The translations under genes were made by a program, and so were the position numbers. From Myxococcota bacterium (lineage in GTDB: Bacteria; Myxococcota_A; SURF-8): 64,000 bases of DNA. The stretch covers positions 4,864,001 to 4,928,000 of the forward strand of contig OZ223209.1 of assembly GCA_965140415.1 (NCBI GenBank), in the 5' to 3' direction. The stretch's first letter is position 1, and each line of letters begins with the position of its first letter. The notes beneath the pieces were generated by a model. That model searched no databases and was not told where the DNA came from. It was given only the letters and a program-made list of their open reading frames with translations. This document shows positions 38,101 through 53,100 of the stretch, one piece after another.

Positions 38101-41100
38101 GGTCTGCATATCACCCGCCATATGCACGTAGCTCGGCGTGCCGACCGGCGGATAGGAATTCAGAGTTATTGCCGCAGTGTTCAAACGAGAACCGTAGGCT
38201 TCGATTTCGATCACGTCCGCAGAATCACCGGTTGTATTAAACGGAGATTCCGTGATGCCGTCGAACACCAAGGCAACGGATGTAAGATCGTACCCGTTGA
38301 TCGCCGCACTTTCACGTCCCAGTTCGTATCCGAGCTGACTGCGATCGGCAGCCCAGTCGTTAACAGTCAGAATACTGCCACCCTGGCGATACACCTGCAA
38401 CTTCTGGCGTTTGTAGATACGGTTATCACCATCCCAGAAGTGTACACGCAGCTTGGAAACAATTTGGTGCGAAAGATCGAACGGCCAAGCGATTTCATCA
38501 AATCCCGGGTACAAATCGTACCAGTAGCTGGAAGTATCATGAGAACCATCTACCGAATAAGAACAATTCTCACTCAAGCCGGTACCGGAGAAACTACACG
38601 ACGATCTCAATAGGTTAGCCAAGTCCGCTTGTGTCTGCGAACCGTACACATTGTAGTGGTGGGCATCCGCAACCGGGTTCCACTCGATGATGAATTTACC
38701 ATCGCCGGCAACACCCGGAGCCTGCACGGGAACATCGGGATCCACACCCGGCATACCCACTGTGGCAGCCAAGCCGGCGGGAGTAGTCGGAGGCACACGG
38801 TCCACGTTGATCAATGGCGCACTCTCGACCCAAGGAGACTCGTTGTCCAGAATATCCACGCACTTATAGCGGAACTGGTAAGTCTCACCAGGCGTCATAC
38901 CATAATAGTAGTAACTCGAAGCACTGGATGCCAACGTTCCACCAGGCATCGGAGCCGCCGGAGCGGCCCAACCGCCACTACCGATCTTGGCTTCGAAGTA
39001 AACGGTTTGCATACCGGAAGTATCGTCTGTCGGCGTAGGCCAGCTCACGACTACCGCATATCCACTTTCCTCGTACGTGAAACTGAGCGGTCCCGTACAA
39101 TTCGGCGGAGTCTGATCCAGCGTAATGGTACGCGTAATCACCGACGACATATTCTCACCGCCATCGCGGCAGAGCATGTTGACCGTGCGTATACCATCGC
39201 TGCTGCTATCCAGCGGCCACGGAACCACATTGGGCACTGTCGCCGTGTCGTAGATGTCTGTATACGAAGTCGGCAGATAATCCGGCGTCGTTTCGTTCTT
39301 CAACGCGTATTCGATCGGCAACCATGGATCGGAGGCCGTGATATACAGCGTCACGTTCGGGGTACTGGTATAAGTCGGCGGTGTCGTCGGATCGTTGATT
39401 TCGAACGAACAGACCGGCGGCTGAGTATCGATCAAGACGCTGCCATCGGTTGACCAGGCACTGGCATTGTCAACAGCATCGTATGCAACCACATGCACGT
39501 ACCACAGGCCATCGGTCAGATCGACCGGATGTTCCTGGTTCACGCTGCTATCGAAATAAGCATTCCATGTAGCCGTAACCGGGAAGGACGGATTCTCCGA
39601 CCATTCCATCAGATAGGTATTGGTAGCCCGCATTCCAGACAATGCATCGACAGACGCCGTCCAGTTCCAGATCGGTCGTTTGTTCGGGTTCGGTGTGGCC
39701 GTAGTCGGCGCACCCGGACGAGAAGGACCGGTGGTATCCAAGTCGATACAATCCGGCGTGGTCGTGCTGATGTTGAAGGCCGGGTCACGCACCCAGGCAT
39801 ACACGCAGCGTTCGCCATCGGTCGAAGGACCGGTGGAAACGATCAAGGTATGGTTGGTCGGCGACTCGAAATCTTCCCAGCTGGCCGGAGGCGTAGACGT
39901 ATTGGACAGCTTCATCCAGTTGCAGTCCTCACCGGAAACGGCGATTTCCACAGTTACGTTTTCCGAACCGGTGTAGGCATCTCCACCGTTTATGGTGATG
40001 CTGTGCACCGTACAGAATACGGTATCAACCTCAACCGTACCGACAGGCGAGGATGCGGAACGGCGTCCCGCCTTATCGTAGACGTAAACGTGTACGTACC
40101 ACACATCATCATCCAGCGGAGCCGTGTGAGTAAACGACGGAGAAGCACCATCGTTAGAGATCCAGGCCGACTGTGCCGAAATCTCTTCCATCTGGTTGCC
40201 TTCATTACTCGTCCAGAAGATCTGGTAAGTATTGGTAGCACGCAAACCGGAAGGAGCATCCGTGGCCGCCGTCCAAGACCAGGTCGGCGTAGCGGTATTG
40301 ATCGGATTGGCCGTGGTAGACGGCTGACCCGGTGCAGCCGGATCTGTCAGATCGATCCAGAACGGACCGATGGAAACCTGCTGATCGTCCCAGTTGCCGG
40401 TATTATCCACCGAACGAACGCGGACATAGTTGTTCTGACCTTCCTGCAGGGTACAGGTAAAGGAGGTTTCCGACTGATCCACGTTTTCGGTTTCGTCGCC
40501 GGTTCCCGGAGGATCGCAGACCACCGCGTAGCCGCTCAGCCCGGAAATGACATCTTCCACCGAAACATGACGCACACGCAGGTTATCGATCAGGATTTCC
40601 TGCAACTGGTTGGCACTGTCATGCTCCTTGAAGAAGAAGCGGAAATCGCGTCCGGCAACGGCATCCGTCTGCAACACGGCACGGAAAGTACCGGTTTCAG
40701 TATTGGAGCAGGTGAAGTTGTCCATCGCCTTGGCTACCGTTGAATCGGTATCGACCAGCGCCGACTGACCGGTTACCTGCAACTTCGTGGAAGTATCGTT
40801 CTGATCCTCGAAGTAGAAGTTCCATCCGTTTGTACCGGTACCATCGGAACAACGGTAGGCGAACTCCAACAGGAACAGGTTGCTCGGTTCATTAAGCAAT
40901 TCAACATCCTGCTCCAGATGTGTCGTGGTCGTTCCGTCACCATTGGTGGAACGTGCCTTCCACGAGTAGTTGGACGATCCGTCGAAGTTACCAATCATCC
41001 GCAGCGAGCAGACATTGTCGCTACAATCGACTTCCTCGGTCCAATGGCCCGTATCTTCAAAGCCACCGTCGGTGAAGCCATTATTATAGTTACCATCCGC

Positions 41101-44100
41101 ATCGAGCACGTTTTGCACGAAGGTGTACGGAGTTCCTTCATCCGCCGGGGCGATCCACTGCACATCGACATCCGCCGCAGCGTTCCACGTACTGGCGACA
41201 TGGCCACTGGTGGTTTCCAGATCCGTCACTTCCAGCGGCGGCACGATATCATACGCGCCAGTCGCTTCAAGCGTGTTGGCGTCGGGCAGCGGCGCAACAA
41301 GGAAGTTATCCGCCTGCGCGAACACCTGGTTGTAACCGGAGTAGATACCGGCTTTACCAGGAGTCAGGACCGGGGAGGAATCGTCGACGATGTCGAACAC
41401 CTGATAATCATCGATGTAGGCGCGAATGCGCTTACCCTTGGCGATGACCTTGATGTGATACCAGCGATCGGTGCTCAACGAAACCGGCAAGTCCAGAACC
41501 TTGGCATCCAGCACACCATCGTTTCCAATGGTAGTGGTGCGTTTGAGCAAGCGCACGCCAGGCCAGTTCGGAGACTGAATACCCAGCACCAGGATGTAGT
41601 ATTCCGAAGGACTGCTGTAGCGGAAGATCAGACCCATCTGATCGTCGTCGTCGTTGTACATATCCGCTTCAACAATGACGTCGCGTTCGACAAAACCATC
41701 GTATACGAGTCCCAACGGAGTGTTCTTGTTTGCACTCTTGGCCACACCGTTGGTGAAGCTCCAGTTGGTTCCCGCGCCGTCATCCAAAACTTCAGAGTAG
41801 TCCGCCTTGGTGGCCGGATCGCCGAAGGAATCCGCATAACCACCCGCAGGGCTGTAGATTCCATCGCCATTACCAGGCGCGTAGCTGACCACATTCTGCC
41901 ACATCGGCCAACCGAACACTCCGGTTTCCACTTCCTGGCCGTCGTAGTACAGCATTCCAGCGCCGTCGGTGACGATGAGATCGCCTTCCTGCACGTTAGG
42001 AATGGAAACGTGACCCGGGAAATCATCTCCACCTGAACCGGTGGTGGTGCCACTGGAGCGGACAGAGCCATCCTGCTGATAGACCGTGTAGCTCACATCA
42101 TATTGATCCGTCGCTACCGTTACATAATCCGTTCCACCTACAATGGTGAAGGCATTGGCAAGGAAACGCTTGGGCAGCAGAATCTCACCATCACTACCAT
42201 CGCCATCACCAACAGCCATTGCGGAAATCGGCTTGTTCGCCACGATACGGAAGGCCGGACCGATACCATTTCCGCCGGTTCCGGTCAGTTGGACGTAATC
42301 ACCCGCATTGGTGCAACTTCCAGTCTGAGTCGTACCGTTGGAACGATAGGCCGTAAAGCTGGTGCCGGCTTCGTTACAAGCGACGTAGGAATTGCTACCG
42401 GAAGGCACACCAAGCACTTCGGTGTCCAGCGGCGGAATCGGCATGTAATCGTCACCCGAAACACCGTTGGCGCTGTAGTAGGCCAATACCGGCTGCGTGG
42501 CCACGATACGAATCACACCCTTGGAAAGCGTCAGGCTGTCGAAGCGGAAATGCTCATTGGCCGACAGGCTGCGGGTCGCATCCGGAGTACCGGAGTTTCC
42601 GGTGTAGATTCCAACGCTGGTGCCATCGGAAAGAGCCAGCACGTCGATCATCGGGCTGCCGTAGCGCGGCAACATGATCGCAAACGCCGTATCCGCGAAT
42701 CCTTCCGGAACCAGCATTCCACCCATATCGGCTGTAGCAGGTCGCGCAGTAAACGGACCTGTTCCAACCAGGCGTGTCGTCGGATCCAGTTCGGCTGCCG
42801 AGAAGTTGCCCGCCTCGCCGCGGTTCAAGGTCAACGAACTGGTACCATTGGTAATCTTGTTGTTGTCAACATACGACACCACACGCAAGGTCGAGGTCGC
42901 GAACTCCTCGTTGACGACATACTGGGCATAACCCGGATCAATGGGAGAAGCCACTCGACGATAATTCTCCCAGTCGAAGCTCCAAGACAGATCGATCTTG
43001 GTTCCATCGCCAGCGGCGGCGGTGCTCAGATTACCATTGTACGTCTTCGTACGGTCGTCAACCACGAAGGTCTGCGTCGCGCCGAAGACATCGGCGAACC
43101 CGGTGAACTTGGCCGCAACCGAGAAGTTGTACACATAACCATTGGCCAGGCTCTTCACCACGATCGGCGCACCGCTCGGGTTCCAGTCCGCCAAGGTCTG
43201 CCAGACCGGAGTGGAACTGGTGAGCGTGCCATTGGCCGCCAGGTACTTACCGGTGGTTTCGCTTTCCAGAATGGAGTACAGCGTTCCGGTTGGGTTCAAC
43301 GAATCCACATGCAACAGCAATTCGGCTTCGCCTTTTTCGCTGTTAAGCGGATAGGTTCCCAGGCTCGACAACAAGGGTTTGCCAGGTGCACTGATTTCGT
43401 AAACCGTAATACTCGCGGTTGCTGGAGTAGACAGGTTACCCGCGCGATCCTGCGCAACGACCGTCATGTCCCACACACCGCGGGTCAGATCCACAGTATG
43501 TTCGTAAGAGGTCGACGTCGTCGTTGCCGTATAGGGACCGGCTCCTGCTCCGCCACCCTGTTTCTCCCAGGTAAGCAGGAAGGTTTCGGTGTCGTGCGGA
43601 CCGGACTGCACGCCGCTACCCACATCACCGGCCCAGGTCCACTGCCACAGTGGAGTACGATCGCCGGTTTCCAGCGAACCCGCCGACAGCGACGCTACCG
43701 CCGCAGGAGCGGTTCCATCGTAATGGATGGTATCGGTGTACACGGTCGGACTGCTCGCCGGGTTACCCGCCTCATCCACGAAGATGACGGATACCGTCTT
43801 GACACCATCGATGCTACCATCCAATGGCCATGCATACGGAGTGGAGAAGGTGTCATCGGTGTAAGTAGCGCCATCGTTGCTAACACGAATTCCGTATTCC
43901 TCGGTCGAGGTCAGATACAGATCCACATTGGGATCGTTGGTGTAAGCCGGTCCGGGCGCGGTCGCGCTGTTGATGACCACGGAACCGGTAGGCGCTATGG
44001 TATCGATCTCGATTTCGACGGTAGCCGAAGTGGTGAAGTTGCGCGCCTTATCGAAACCGACCACCTTGAAGCTCCAGATACCATTAGTAAGCGGACCGAT

Positions 44101-47100
44101 ATCATACAGAGTGTTATTGGTGAAGCGCCGCTGCGGCGTTCCAGCACCCTGCCACCAGTAGACTTCGTAACGCTGGGTCGTCGCCGGACCGGAGAGAGCA
44201 TCCGTCAGGGCGCTCCAGGTACAGCGCGGCGTCGTGTCATTGGTCAAACTCGGGCAGGAAACGGTCGTAATCGGATTCGGATCGGTTACATCCACACCGA
44301 TGGTATCACTAGTGATATTCGACACGTTCCAGGCCAGATCCTTAAAGCGCACCCGCGCCTCATGGTCGGCACGCTCGGTGTTGGGAACCAGATCCAAGTT
44401 TTCATAAATCGTGCTGTAACCGATCCAGTCTTCATCCGCAGTTGAAGGATCGGCGTTGGCCGCGATGGTCATCTTCTCGGTATCCGAATCGGAACTGAGC
44501 GTCAGATCCACTTCGTAGTAGTTGACCCATTCCTTGTTACCTTCGATGACCACGGAAATGTTCTGCGGAGCAGCCGTATCGACCAGCACCGTTCCGAAAC
44601 CGGAATGGCTGCTCGACTTGTTGCCCGCATTATCAATGGCATAGGCCCAGAAATACCAGGTACCGTTAGCCAATTGTGTAGTGTGAGTGTAGCTCGTGGT
44701 CGTAGGCGTCGCCTTGCGAGTAGAGCTTTCCTGCCCAGGCGTCGTGGACCAGTAAACCTCATAACTTGCCACACCCGAACCGCCGGTATCGGTGGCCGCC
44801 GTCCAGGTCCAGACCACCGGACTCGTAGCCCCACTCGCGTCTTTCCAGTTATGCGGGGTACGATCGGCAGCGGGAACCCCGGGCTGACTCGGAGGCACAC
44901 GATCCAGGAAGATGGTCGCCAGGAATGGACCGCTCTGGTTCACGTAGTCTTTACACCACATGTACACGGTCTTGCTTCCATCAGCCTTGTTGATGCGATC
45001 ATCGGTCACCAAGTCATGCGGATACATTTCCGGCACGAGCGGATCGCCGCCGAAGGCATTCCAGCTACCCAGGCTGATGTCGTTTTCATTGACAACCTTG
45101 AAGGACACCGCCGGATTGACCGGATCGTTGGAAATTTCGGCTGTTACATCTTTGCTGTTGGTGTAGCTGTCTCCACCGTTCAACGCGATCAGACAGTCCG
45201 GAGCGTTGGTATCGAGAGTCACGTTGAAGCAGCGCTCCTCACCACTACCCAAGCTGTAACGGGTATTGCCGCCACCATCTTTGTAGCGCACACAGACAGT
45301 CTTGGCACCATCGTTGTTGGACAACGTCCAGGTAGTGACATTCGGATTGAACGGACACCAGCCACCCACCACTGCTCCCGAAGCACACAGATTCGTGGTT
45401 TGCCACGAGGTATCGGTCTCGTTGCGCATCTGCATGTAAATCGGCGACCAGACATCGGTGGCGGTCAACGAAATCGTGACTTGTGGATCCCCCACGTAAC
45501 CATCGACGTTGGCAATGGATATGGTACCGGTCGGTCCCTGGCGATCCAGGTAGATCGTATCGGTAATAGTGCCGGTCGTGGGGTTGGTGTTGCCGCCGGT
45601 ATCGCTGATCTGCATGTACACGATCTTGGGACCATCTACATCTGATAACAGGAAGTTTTCATAAGCCGTAGCGATGTTATGGGAGGGAACAGGGAGCCAA
45701 CCGGTCGCCACATTATTGTTGTTGAACTGGGCCAGAATCGGCGTCCAGGTCTCTACCGGATTGGTCGTCTCGGTAACATACATATCCACCGAGCGCGTTG
45801 CGGTAAACACCGCTCCGCCCGGAGTGCTATCGTGCTCGCCATGCGGCCACATGGCAAAGGTACCGTTAGGCGGACGGGTATCCAGAATGATGGACGCTGT
45901 ATCCATGCTCTCGTTCTCACCCGCATCCCAGCACTTGACGTACACGTAGCGATTCGCCTCAACTTCACCACCGGAGTAGGACAATCCCCATGATCTTTGG
46001 AACGTATCGGAGGGTACCGCTGTAGCTGTGGCATAACTTGAGGCCAGACCACCGATGCTATTGGCAATCGAGTATTTCACCGGGCCCCATTGATCCGTAC
46101 CGGTAATACTCACCGTCACATCAGGACTGGAGGTACGCGGACCGTTCGGAATTGTAATATCCACCGAACAAGTCGGACCGGACTGGTCGTAAATGATCGT
46201 ATCGGTGTGTTCCACAATATGGCCACCGCCATCGTAGAAACGAACCGTAACCGCCGGAGGTTGAATCTCATTGGGTGTAATCGACCACGGATAGGTGGTC
46301 GTGAACGGAATACCCAGGCCATCATCTCCACAATACCAGGCGTCACTGTCATTACGGACACAGAACGTGATCGGCGTCCACAAATCGGTGGCGGTCATGT
46401 GCAGATTGACGGAATCGGAACGGGTAAAGGACTCGTTACCATCCAGAGCTTTAATGACCAGGGATGAAGTCGGTCCCGTCGTGTCGTAGTAGATCTGGTC
46501 CGTAGTATCCGAAGTCGTGATATTCTGCACGTCATCCATGAAACGCGCGTAAACAGTGTATTGCTTATCGCCATTGGCAGGCAACTGCCATACCATGCTG
46601 CTGGAGTAATTCTGCCAACAATCATCACCGGTACTCGGCATACCGCCGAACGGGGAGTCCTTAAAACATACCTTCGACGCATCGGTAACATTCATCGTGA
46701 TCGTGACGTTGCGATTGGCATCGTCAGTAAACTCGTTACCCGGACCCTCGCCTTCGATACGGAACAGGCTGACCTGCGGCGGGGTACGGTCGATCTCGAA
46801 CGGTCCGACGATCAGAGAATTGGCACTCCAATTACCGGCGAAGTCGACCGCGCGCACGTAAATGTAATGAGTCCCTTCGCTAAGCGCTTCGGTCGTCCAC
46901 GAAGTCGAAGTCGTGTCGATGCTCGGACTTGCATTGGGAGTCGTGCTGTTAACTGCATGCCAGACATCGTATCCGGCGATACCGGTAGCCATGGTCACGG
47001 CCTTGACCGGCAGCAGTTTCAGATCGTCTGCCCAGTAAGTACCGGAACTGTTCGGGTTCTGGGCGATCACCTGCAACTTGGTCACACCGGCAGGCACGTG

Positions 47101-50100
47101 GAAACCGCGAGACAAGGATGTCCAGCCTGTGCCGGTGCTTTCCAACGGAGTACCGAAAACGTTCGTCCAGGCACCATTGTAGTAGGCCACCTGTAAGCGC
47201 AAGGCTGCACCGTTCGGCGAGCGGAACATACCGCTGACGAAGTAGTCCGAGCCACCGCTGGGCGTTGTCGTGATATTCACGGTTTGATACACATCACCCG
47301 CGCTGGTCCAGCGATACATGGCCTTACCTTCGTAAAGCTGTTCGCTGAAGCTGTCGCCCGGACCGTTTCCGGTGCCGCCGGTATCCAGCCACGAAGTGGA
47401 GAGCTGCTCGAAACCGCCGTCGGCCAGCATGTTCTCGCTGTTGCCTTCCAGATCGTGCGCCTCGGAGAAGTAGAAGTATTCGCTTCCGCCGTCGCTCGGA
47501 GCCTGCCAGACAACGTTGATGGTGTTGTCGGAAGTCGCTCCCGTCGCCGGGTTGGAAGAGGTAAGGGTCGGCATCGAAGGCGCCGTAGTATCTGTCGCGT
47601 TGACATCAATGTGTCCGCCAGGTCCGGTCAGCGGAACGATCGAGAAGTTGTCGAAATAGGCCGCAGGTTGGTTGCTCTGGCTTACGAAGCCAACTTCACC
47701 GGCCAGGTACGCCTCCGTACCACCACCGGAAGTGTTGGTATCGCGGAGACTGAACTGCATCTCGTCGTTGATGTAGAATTTCAACTCGTTAGCAAACGCC
47801 ACGACCTTGAAATGATACCAACTTGTTGCACTTACCGTGTAAGGCTTACTCTGCAATGCCGTCGAGGTCGAATTGCGGCACACCTTCACAGTATTACTCT
47901 GACGATGCAGTACAAAAGCATAGTAGTGCGAAGAATTCAGCGCGCGGACCATCAGACCAAAGCCGTCATCATCTTGATTGTACGCATCGACCTCCGCCAC
48001 GAAGTTGTGGAAGGTGTTTGTGTATGCAATCGTGGTATTGACGTTCTGAGTTGTATCATCCGACAGCGCATTGGGAGCGATACTGTGGGTAGAAGGCGTA
48101 ATGCTCCAAACTTCCCCGGTTCCGATCGTAACATGATAGTTAGCCAGGGTGTTGGAAGAGAAGCTGTCGAAATAGCCATCCACCGGGTTGTAACCGGCCT
48201 CGAGACCGACATCGGAACGATGCAGGGTCTGGTATTTGCCGTGGGTGTACTCGATGGTCGAGAGATCGGCACCGGAAAGCTGTACCGGTCCGAGATACAC
48301 GGCGTCGATAATCGTTTGTTCCGAACTGTACGGAGTCAGCGTCAGGGTATGCCAACCGCGAGTCAGCGGGGTCGCCTTCATGGCCGTACCCATACTGAAA
48401 CCCCAGTTGTAAGCGCCACCCGGAGGACTGATCGTATAAGCGACGCTCGTCGCGCCATCCACACTCCAACGCAACTGGTTGTTGGAACTGCTCGTGTAGT
48501 ACCCACGCACATGCAGGAAGTACACACCGGACGTTTCGATAAAGAATCTCTGCTCCAAGCTCTGACTGGTGGAGGTAAACTTCCGGTAGGCACCGCCGGA
48601 GGCCAACTCCCATGCCGTATACGGAGTGGAGCCAGAATTGGTTTCGAAATCTTCTGCCTCCCAATAGATACCACCATTGTTGTATCCCACTCGAACCTGG
48701 TTGTTGGTTCCATCCGGTTCGGCGGTCAGGCTTGCCGTGTTTTCAGGCTGCGTACGATCCGGAGTTGTGATTTCAGCAATCGCACCCAAACCGGTGGGAT
48801 CGCCCAGACCGACGAAGTGGGCATTCGCACGGAAACCGTACGTCGTATTGTCATGCAGTGGTTCGTTCTGACCGCCGGTGGAGGCGTCGTTCAGATAAGC
48901 GATTATGACACCATCGTCACCACCCCAATCTTCAAGAGTACGCCAGGCGGCTTCGGCCTCGGTCGCACCCAGGGTGCCGTCGGCCCGCAGGTAACTGGCG
49001 GTCACGTTTTCTTCGTAAATGGCGTAAGTGGTACCAGCAGGGTTACCACTGGCATCAACCACCAACTGCACTTTGGCCGCCTCGGACAGCAACGGCACTT
49101 CCGTAACCGCTGAAACCGCAGAGGCGTTCGGAGTGTTGATCTGCACCAGGTACACGTTACCGGAATCGGAAGTCGTGGACCAATTGCCCACGGCATCCTT
49201 GGCCTGCACACGGGCGTACCACATGTGGTTACCTTCCAACGGCTCACCATCGGGGATGGTAAAGGAGTTGGTCGTCGGGTAGTAGGTGCGTGAGGTCGTA
49301 CCAGCGCTATCCATACCCAGAATCAATTTGTAACCATTGACACCGGAACCCGGAGTCGGATTGTCCGTCGCCGCCGCCCAACTCCAGGTGGGAGTCGTAT
49401 CCGCAGTTTCGGTCAGGATCGCGGCACCTTCATATACCCAAGGAATTCCAGGAGTATTCGGGTTGATCTGATCCACCTTCAGTGTGAAGGTTTCCACATC
49501 GCTTTGACCGGCCAAATCGACATTCTTTACCCGCAGGTAATAAATCCCCGAACCCAACGAAGCGATTTCGTCGTTGAGCACCACATACGGATTGTTGGAG
49601 CCGTTCAGGCCGTCCGCATTGAGGCTGGGAGTACAGGTATTGGCAGAATCCAGGCAGTACAGATAACTGCTGGCAGACGGACCGGCAGTGTTAGGCCACT
49701 GACAGGTCGCCGCAGAATTGGAACCCCACTGATCGTCTGTATAGTTGGTACATGTGATCGGTGTAGGCAGAGTCGGAGCCTGGTTGTCAACACGAATGAC
49801 GAACTGACGCACCGTAGAGGTCCCGCCGGTATCGGTGGAACGTACATACAGATAGGATGTGCCCGTCGAACCACCCGGCAACAGCGGGTTTAGAGTGACG
49901 GCGCGATCCGTGTCGGTATCGCCATTATGCGGGGTCCAGGCACAACTGCCTGAACTCGAAGATTCCGTGTAGCAGCTCTGCGATGTTCCCGGACTTGGAC
50001 CGGTCGTCTTCGTCCAGCTACAATCCAGACTGGTATCCGTTGTCCAGCCACCGCTGGCAACATTGCCGTGACTGTCCGTACAGGTAACCGAAGGAGCCGC

Positions 50101-53100
50101 AGGCTTGCTGTTATCAAGCTTGAAGGGTCCATAGGTATACGCCGGACCCCAGTTGCTGCCGCCATCACGGCCACGCACATGCACGTACCAGGTTCCTAAA
50201 GTCGTTCCGGTTACAATACTGCCGATAGTGCGAGCCGTATCGGTCGTCGTATCGCTCGGGGTTGTACCGTCGTAAGTCGCGCTGTTGTCCAGCTGCACGT
50301 AGTAGGCCGCCATCGGCGTAGTAATGGTGCTGCTGGTGACTTCGCGAATGCTGAAGTTATCGACCACCATGGTCTGTGCGGCGGGGGTGTTGTTCCAGCC
50401 CCAGGCATGCAGGTAGTAATCGTAATTACCGGCACCGCTATGGTATGCAACGACATGACCGGCTTCACCTGCGGAACAAGTGAACTGGTACATGTTCTTC
50501 GTTACTTCGCTGCCATCATCCAAATAGGCTTTGGCGGCGGTGTCGCGAATCAGACCCGTTGCGCTATATGGCTCTTGCCCCATGTCGAAACGCCAACCGT
50601 TGCCGCTACTGGCGGTCAAGCAACGATAATCGAATTCGAGCACAAAGTTCTTGCCACTCTGGCCCACGACCGGAGCATGCATCAGCAGAACCTTGCTGTC
50701 GTTCCAGGTTCCGGTACCCTTGGCCTTCATGTACCAGGACTGACCGGAAATATTCAGACCGGGATAAGAACCGGTTCCATCGATACGGAACTTGCAGTTA
50801 TTGTCACCACATCCGGTATCGTAGGTCACACCGGTGCGCGCCAACACGTTATCGGCCTTCGGACCGACGCCACCTTCGAAGTTGCCATTGGCAAATCCGG
50901 CAGAGGTGTTGCCCTGGGCATCCATGGCAACCGACTGGAAGTAATAGCTGTTACCGTTGGAATTCGGGGCGTTCCAATCCACCGAAACGCTGGAGGTATT
51001 GGTCCAGGTGTTGTACGCAGGCGTGTTGCTGGTAGCCGCCACCGCATCGGGAGCGACTTTGTCTTTGGCGTCATCCACAGACAGATTCCAGGTGCCGCCG
51101 CTTTCCGTACCTTCCAGATTGACCAGGCGGAAGTTGTCGAACTGAGTATCACCGTAATGCGTATACAGCGCGACGCGTCCGGGAGCATCGGTCAACAGGT
51201 AATCACCCGTGACCTGACCGACCAGTTGATCGTCGATGTAGCAACTGTAATCGCGATCGGTCACGATGACGCGCATTTTGTGCCAGCTTTGCTTGCTGGA
51301 ATTCACGTCGTAATTCTCGGCCAGCCAACCCGCGCCAGTCGATCCGAACCGGTAGATACCGGAGTGCGGCGTACCACCGAAGTAGTAACGGCAGGAAATG
51401 AAGGTGTCGTAATCTTCATACGCGAAGTTGAGACCGGCCACAGAACCGGAAGAAGTCGGCGAATAGATGTCCACTTCCGCCATGTAGTAGCGATTGTTCG
51501 GATCGGCGGATTCCACTTCCAGGATGTTCCGGTAAGCCTGCGCCACTTGCGTAATGACGCCGTTGCTTTCCGTCCAGGAACCGTAGCGGGAAATCCAGCC
51601 ATTGGTCACGCCATCATTGAAGTCGTCGTAGAAGCCGCCTTCCGGCACGTATTTTCCACGAACATTGCCATCGGCCACCTGAGCGTAGAGACGCTGGGAC
51701 AGAGCATGACCGTAAATCAGGTTGTTGGCACCGTGATTGATATCATGCGTGTACAGGAAACGACCGTCGGTAAACAGCGTTCCGATGTTGGCGGTGGATT
51801 CCCCGGAAATGGAGAACGTTGAGATCGGGCTGCCACTATACACACCCGTTCCATCCACCCAGTCGCCGGTACGATACACACTGATCTGACGGTGCGTGTC
51901 GCCCTGACCGCCGACATACAACAGACCGTTGTTGTAGGCGATACCTTCGTAAGCGGTAGTCGTACCCGGAGAGAAGGAACCCTGCGCCGTAACGGAGGTC
52001 GCCGTCGCGCTATTGATGGCGTAACGGGAAATGGTGCCGTCCCACAAACCAAGGCAGTACAGATACTTGGAGTTACCGGTCATGTCGATACATTCCGGCA
52101 TGGTGCTCGAGCCACCAATCATAGTACCGGTCCAGGTGTCGCCGTAGTCACTTACCGTCCATTTGTAAACGGTTCCATTGCTGCCACCCTGGCTAAAGAG
52201 CATGTTCCGGAACGGTTCGTAAACGATACTATTGGCAATACCCGTGAACGTAGTGCTCTCAGGATCGCTACCTTGCATACTATTTGTATCCCAAGACCAC
52301 TTAGAATCAAAGCGTGCCAGATGCCGCGTTTGCACGGAAGTGAAGTAATCCTGCTTCCATCCCGCACGATTCTGCGGTACGTAATCGATGCCGCGCTCCA
52401 AGGGGCTGGCACCGGTAGCGGCCATCACGATCTTCTGATCCGCAGCGTATTTCGCTTCGATCAAGGGATCGCTGCTGATCGGGAAGGGCGTCGGATCTTT
52501 CATTGTCAATGCAAGATCCACGCGGTTCTGGGCCAGATTGGCCGTAGGCGTAACCGTCGGTTCCAGAATCGGAGTTCGGTCGTTGGCGCGCACCGCTGAA
52601 GACGGTGAAGCCGTATAAAGCACACCACTCAAGTACTTGGCGGTGACGACGAATTCAAACACGCCGGCATCGTTCAGACCGGTGACTTCCAACCAGCCGG
52701 TGTTGCTTCCCTGCCAGGCGGCTACGGTCTGCCATTGCGCGCTGGTGGCAGTCAAGCTGCCATCGGTCGCAACGTATTTGCCGGTGCTGACTTCGTAAAT
52801 GGAATACTGCACCGTCGAGCCGTTCGTTCCCGGATCGATGGACAGCATCACGTTGGCCATTTCGCGGTTGACCGGATCGTCTTCCGGCGCATAGGCACGG
52901 GTAAGACCCGGAACGCCGACCGTCACGATTTCAACCTGACCGTTGCCGGACCAGGCCGACCAGTTCCCGGCTTTGTCTTTCGCGCGTACGCGCATATACC
53001 ACGTACCCGGTGTAAGCCCGGTAGTCTGATGACTGAGGTTGGTGTCGGTAACGCAGGTATCCGTTGTGGTCGGATCGGAATGGGTAGCCCAGCAGACCTG

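Noticed and set aside
32722-49113. Long plus-strand ORFs (32722-35061, 42103-44445, 47284-49113)
   Set aside because: Antisense shadows of the giant gene caused by codon bias; no domain motifs.
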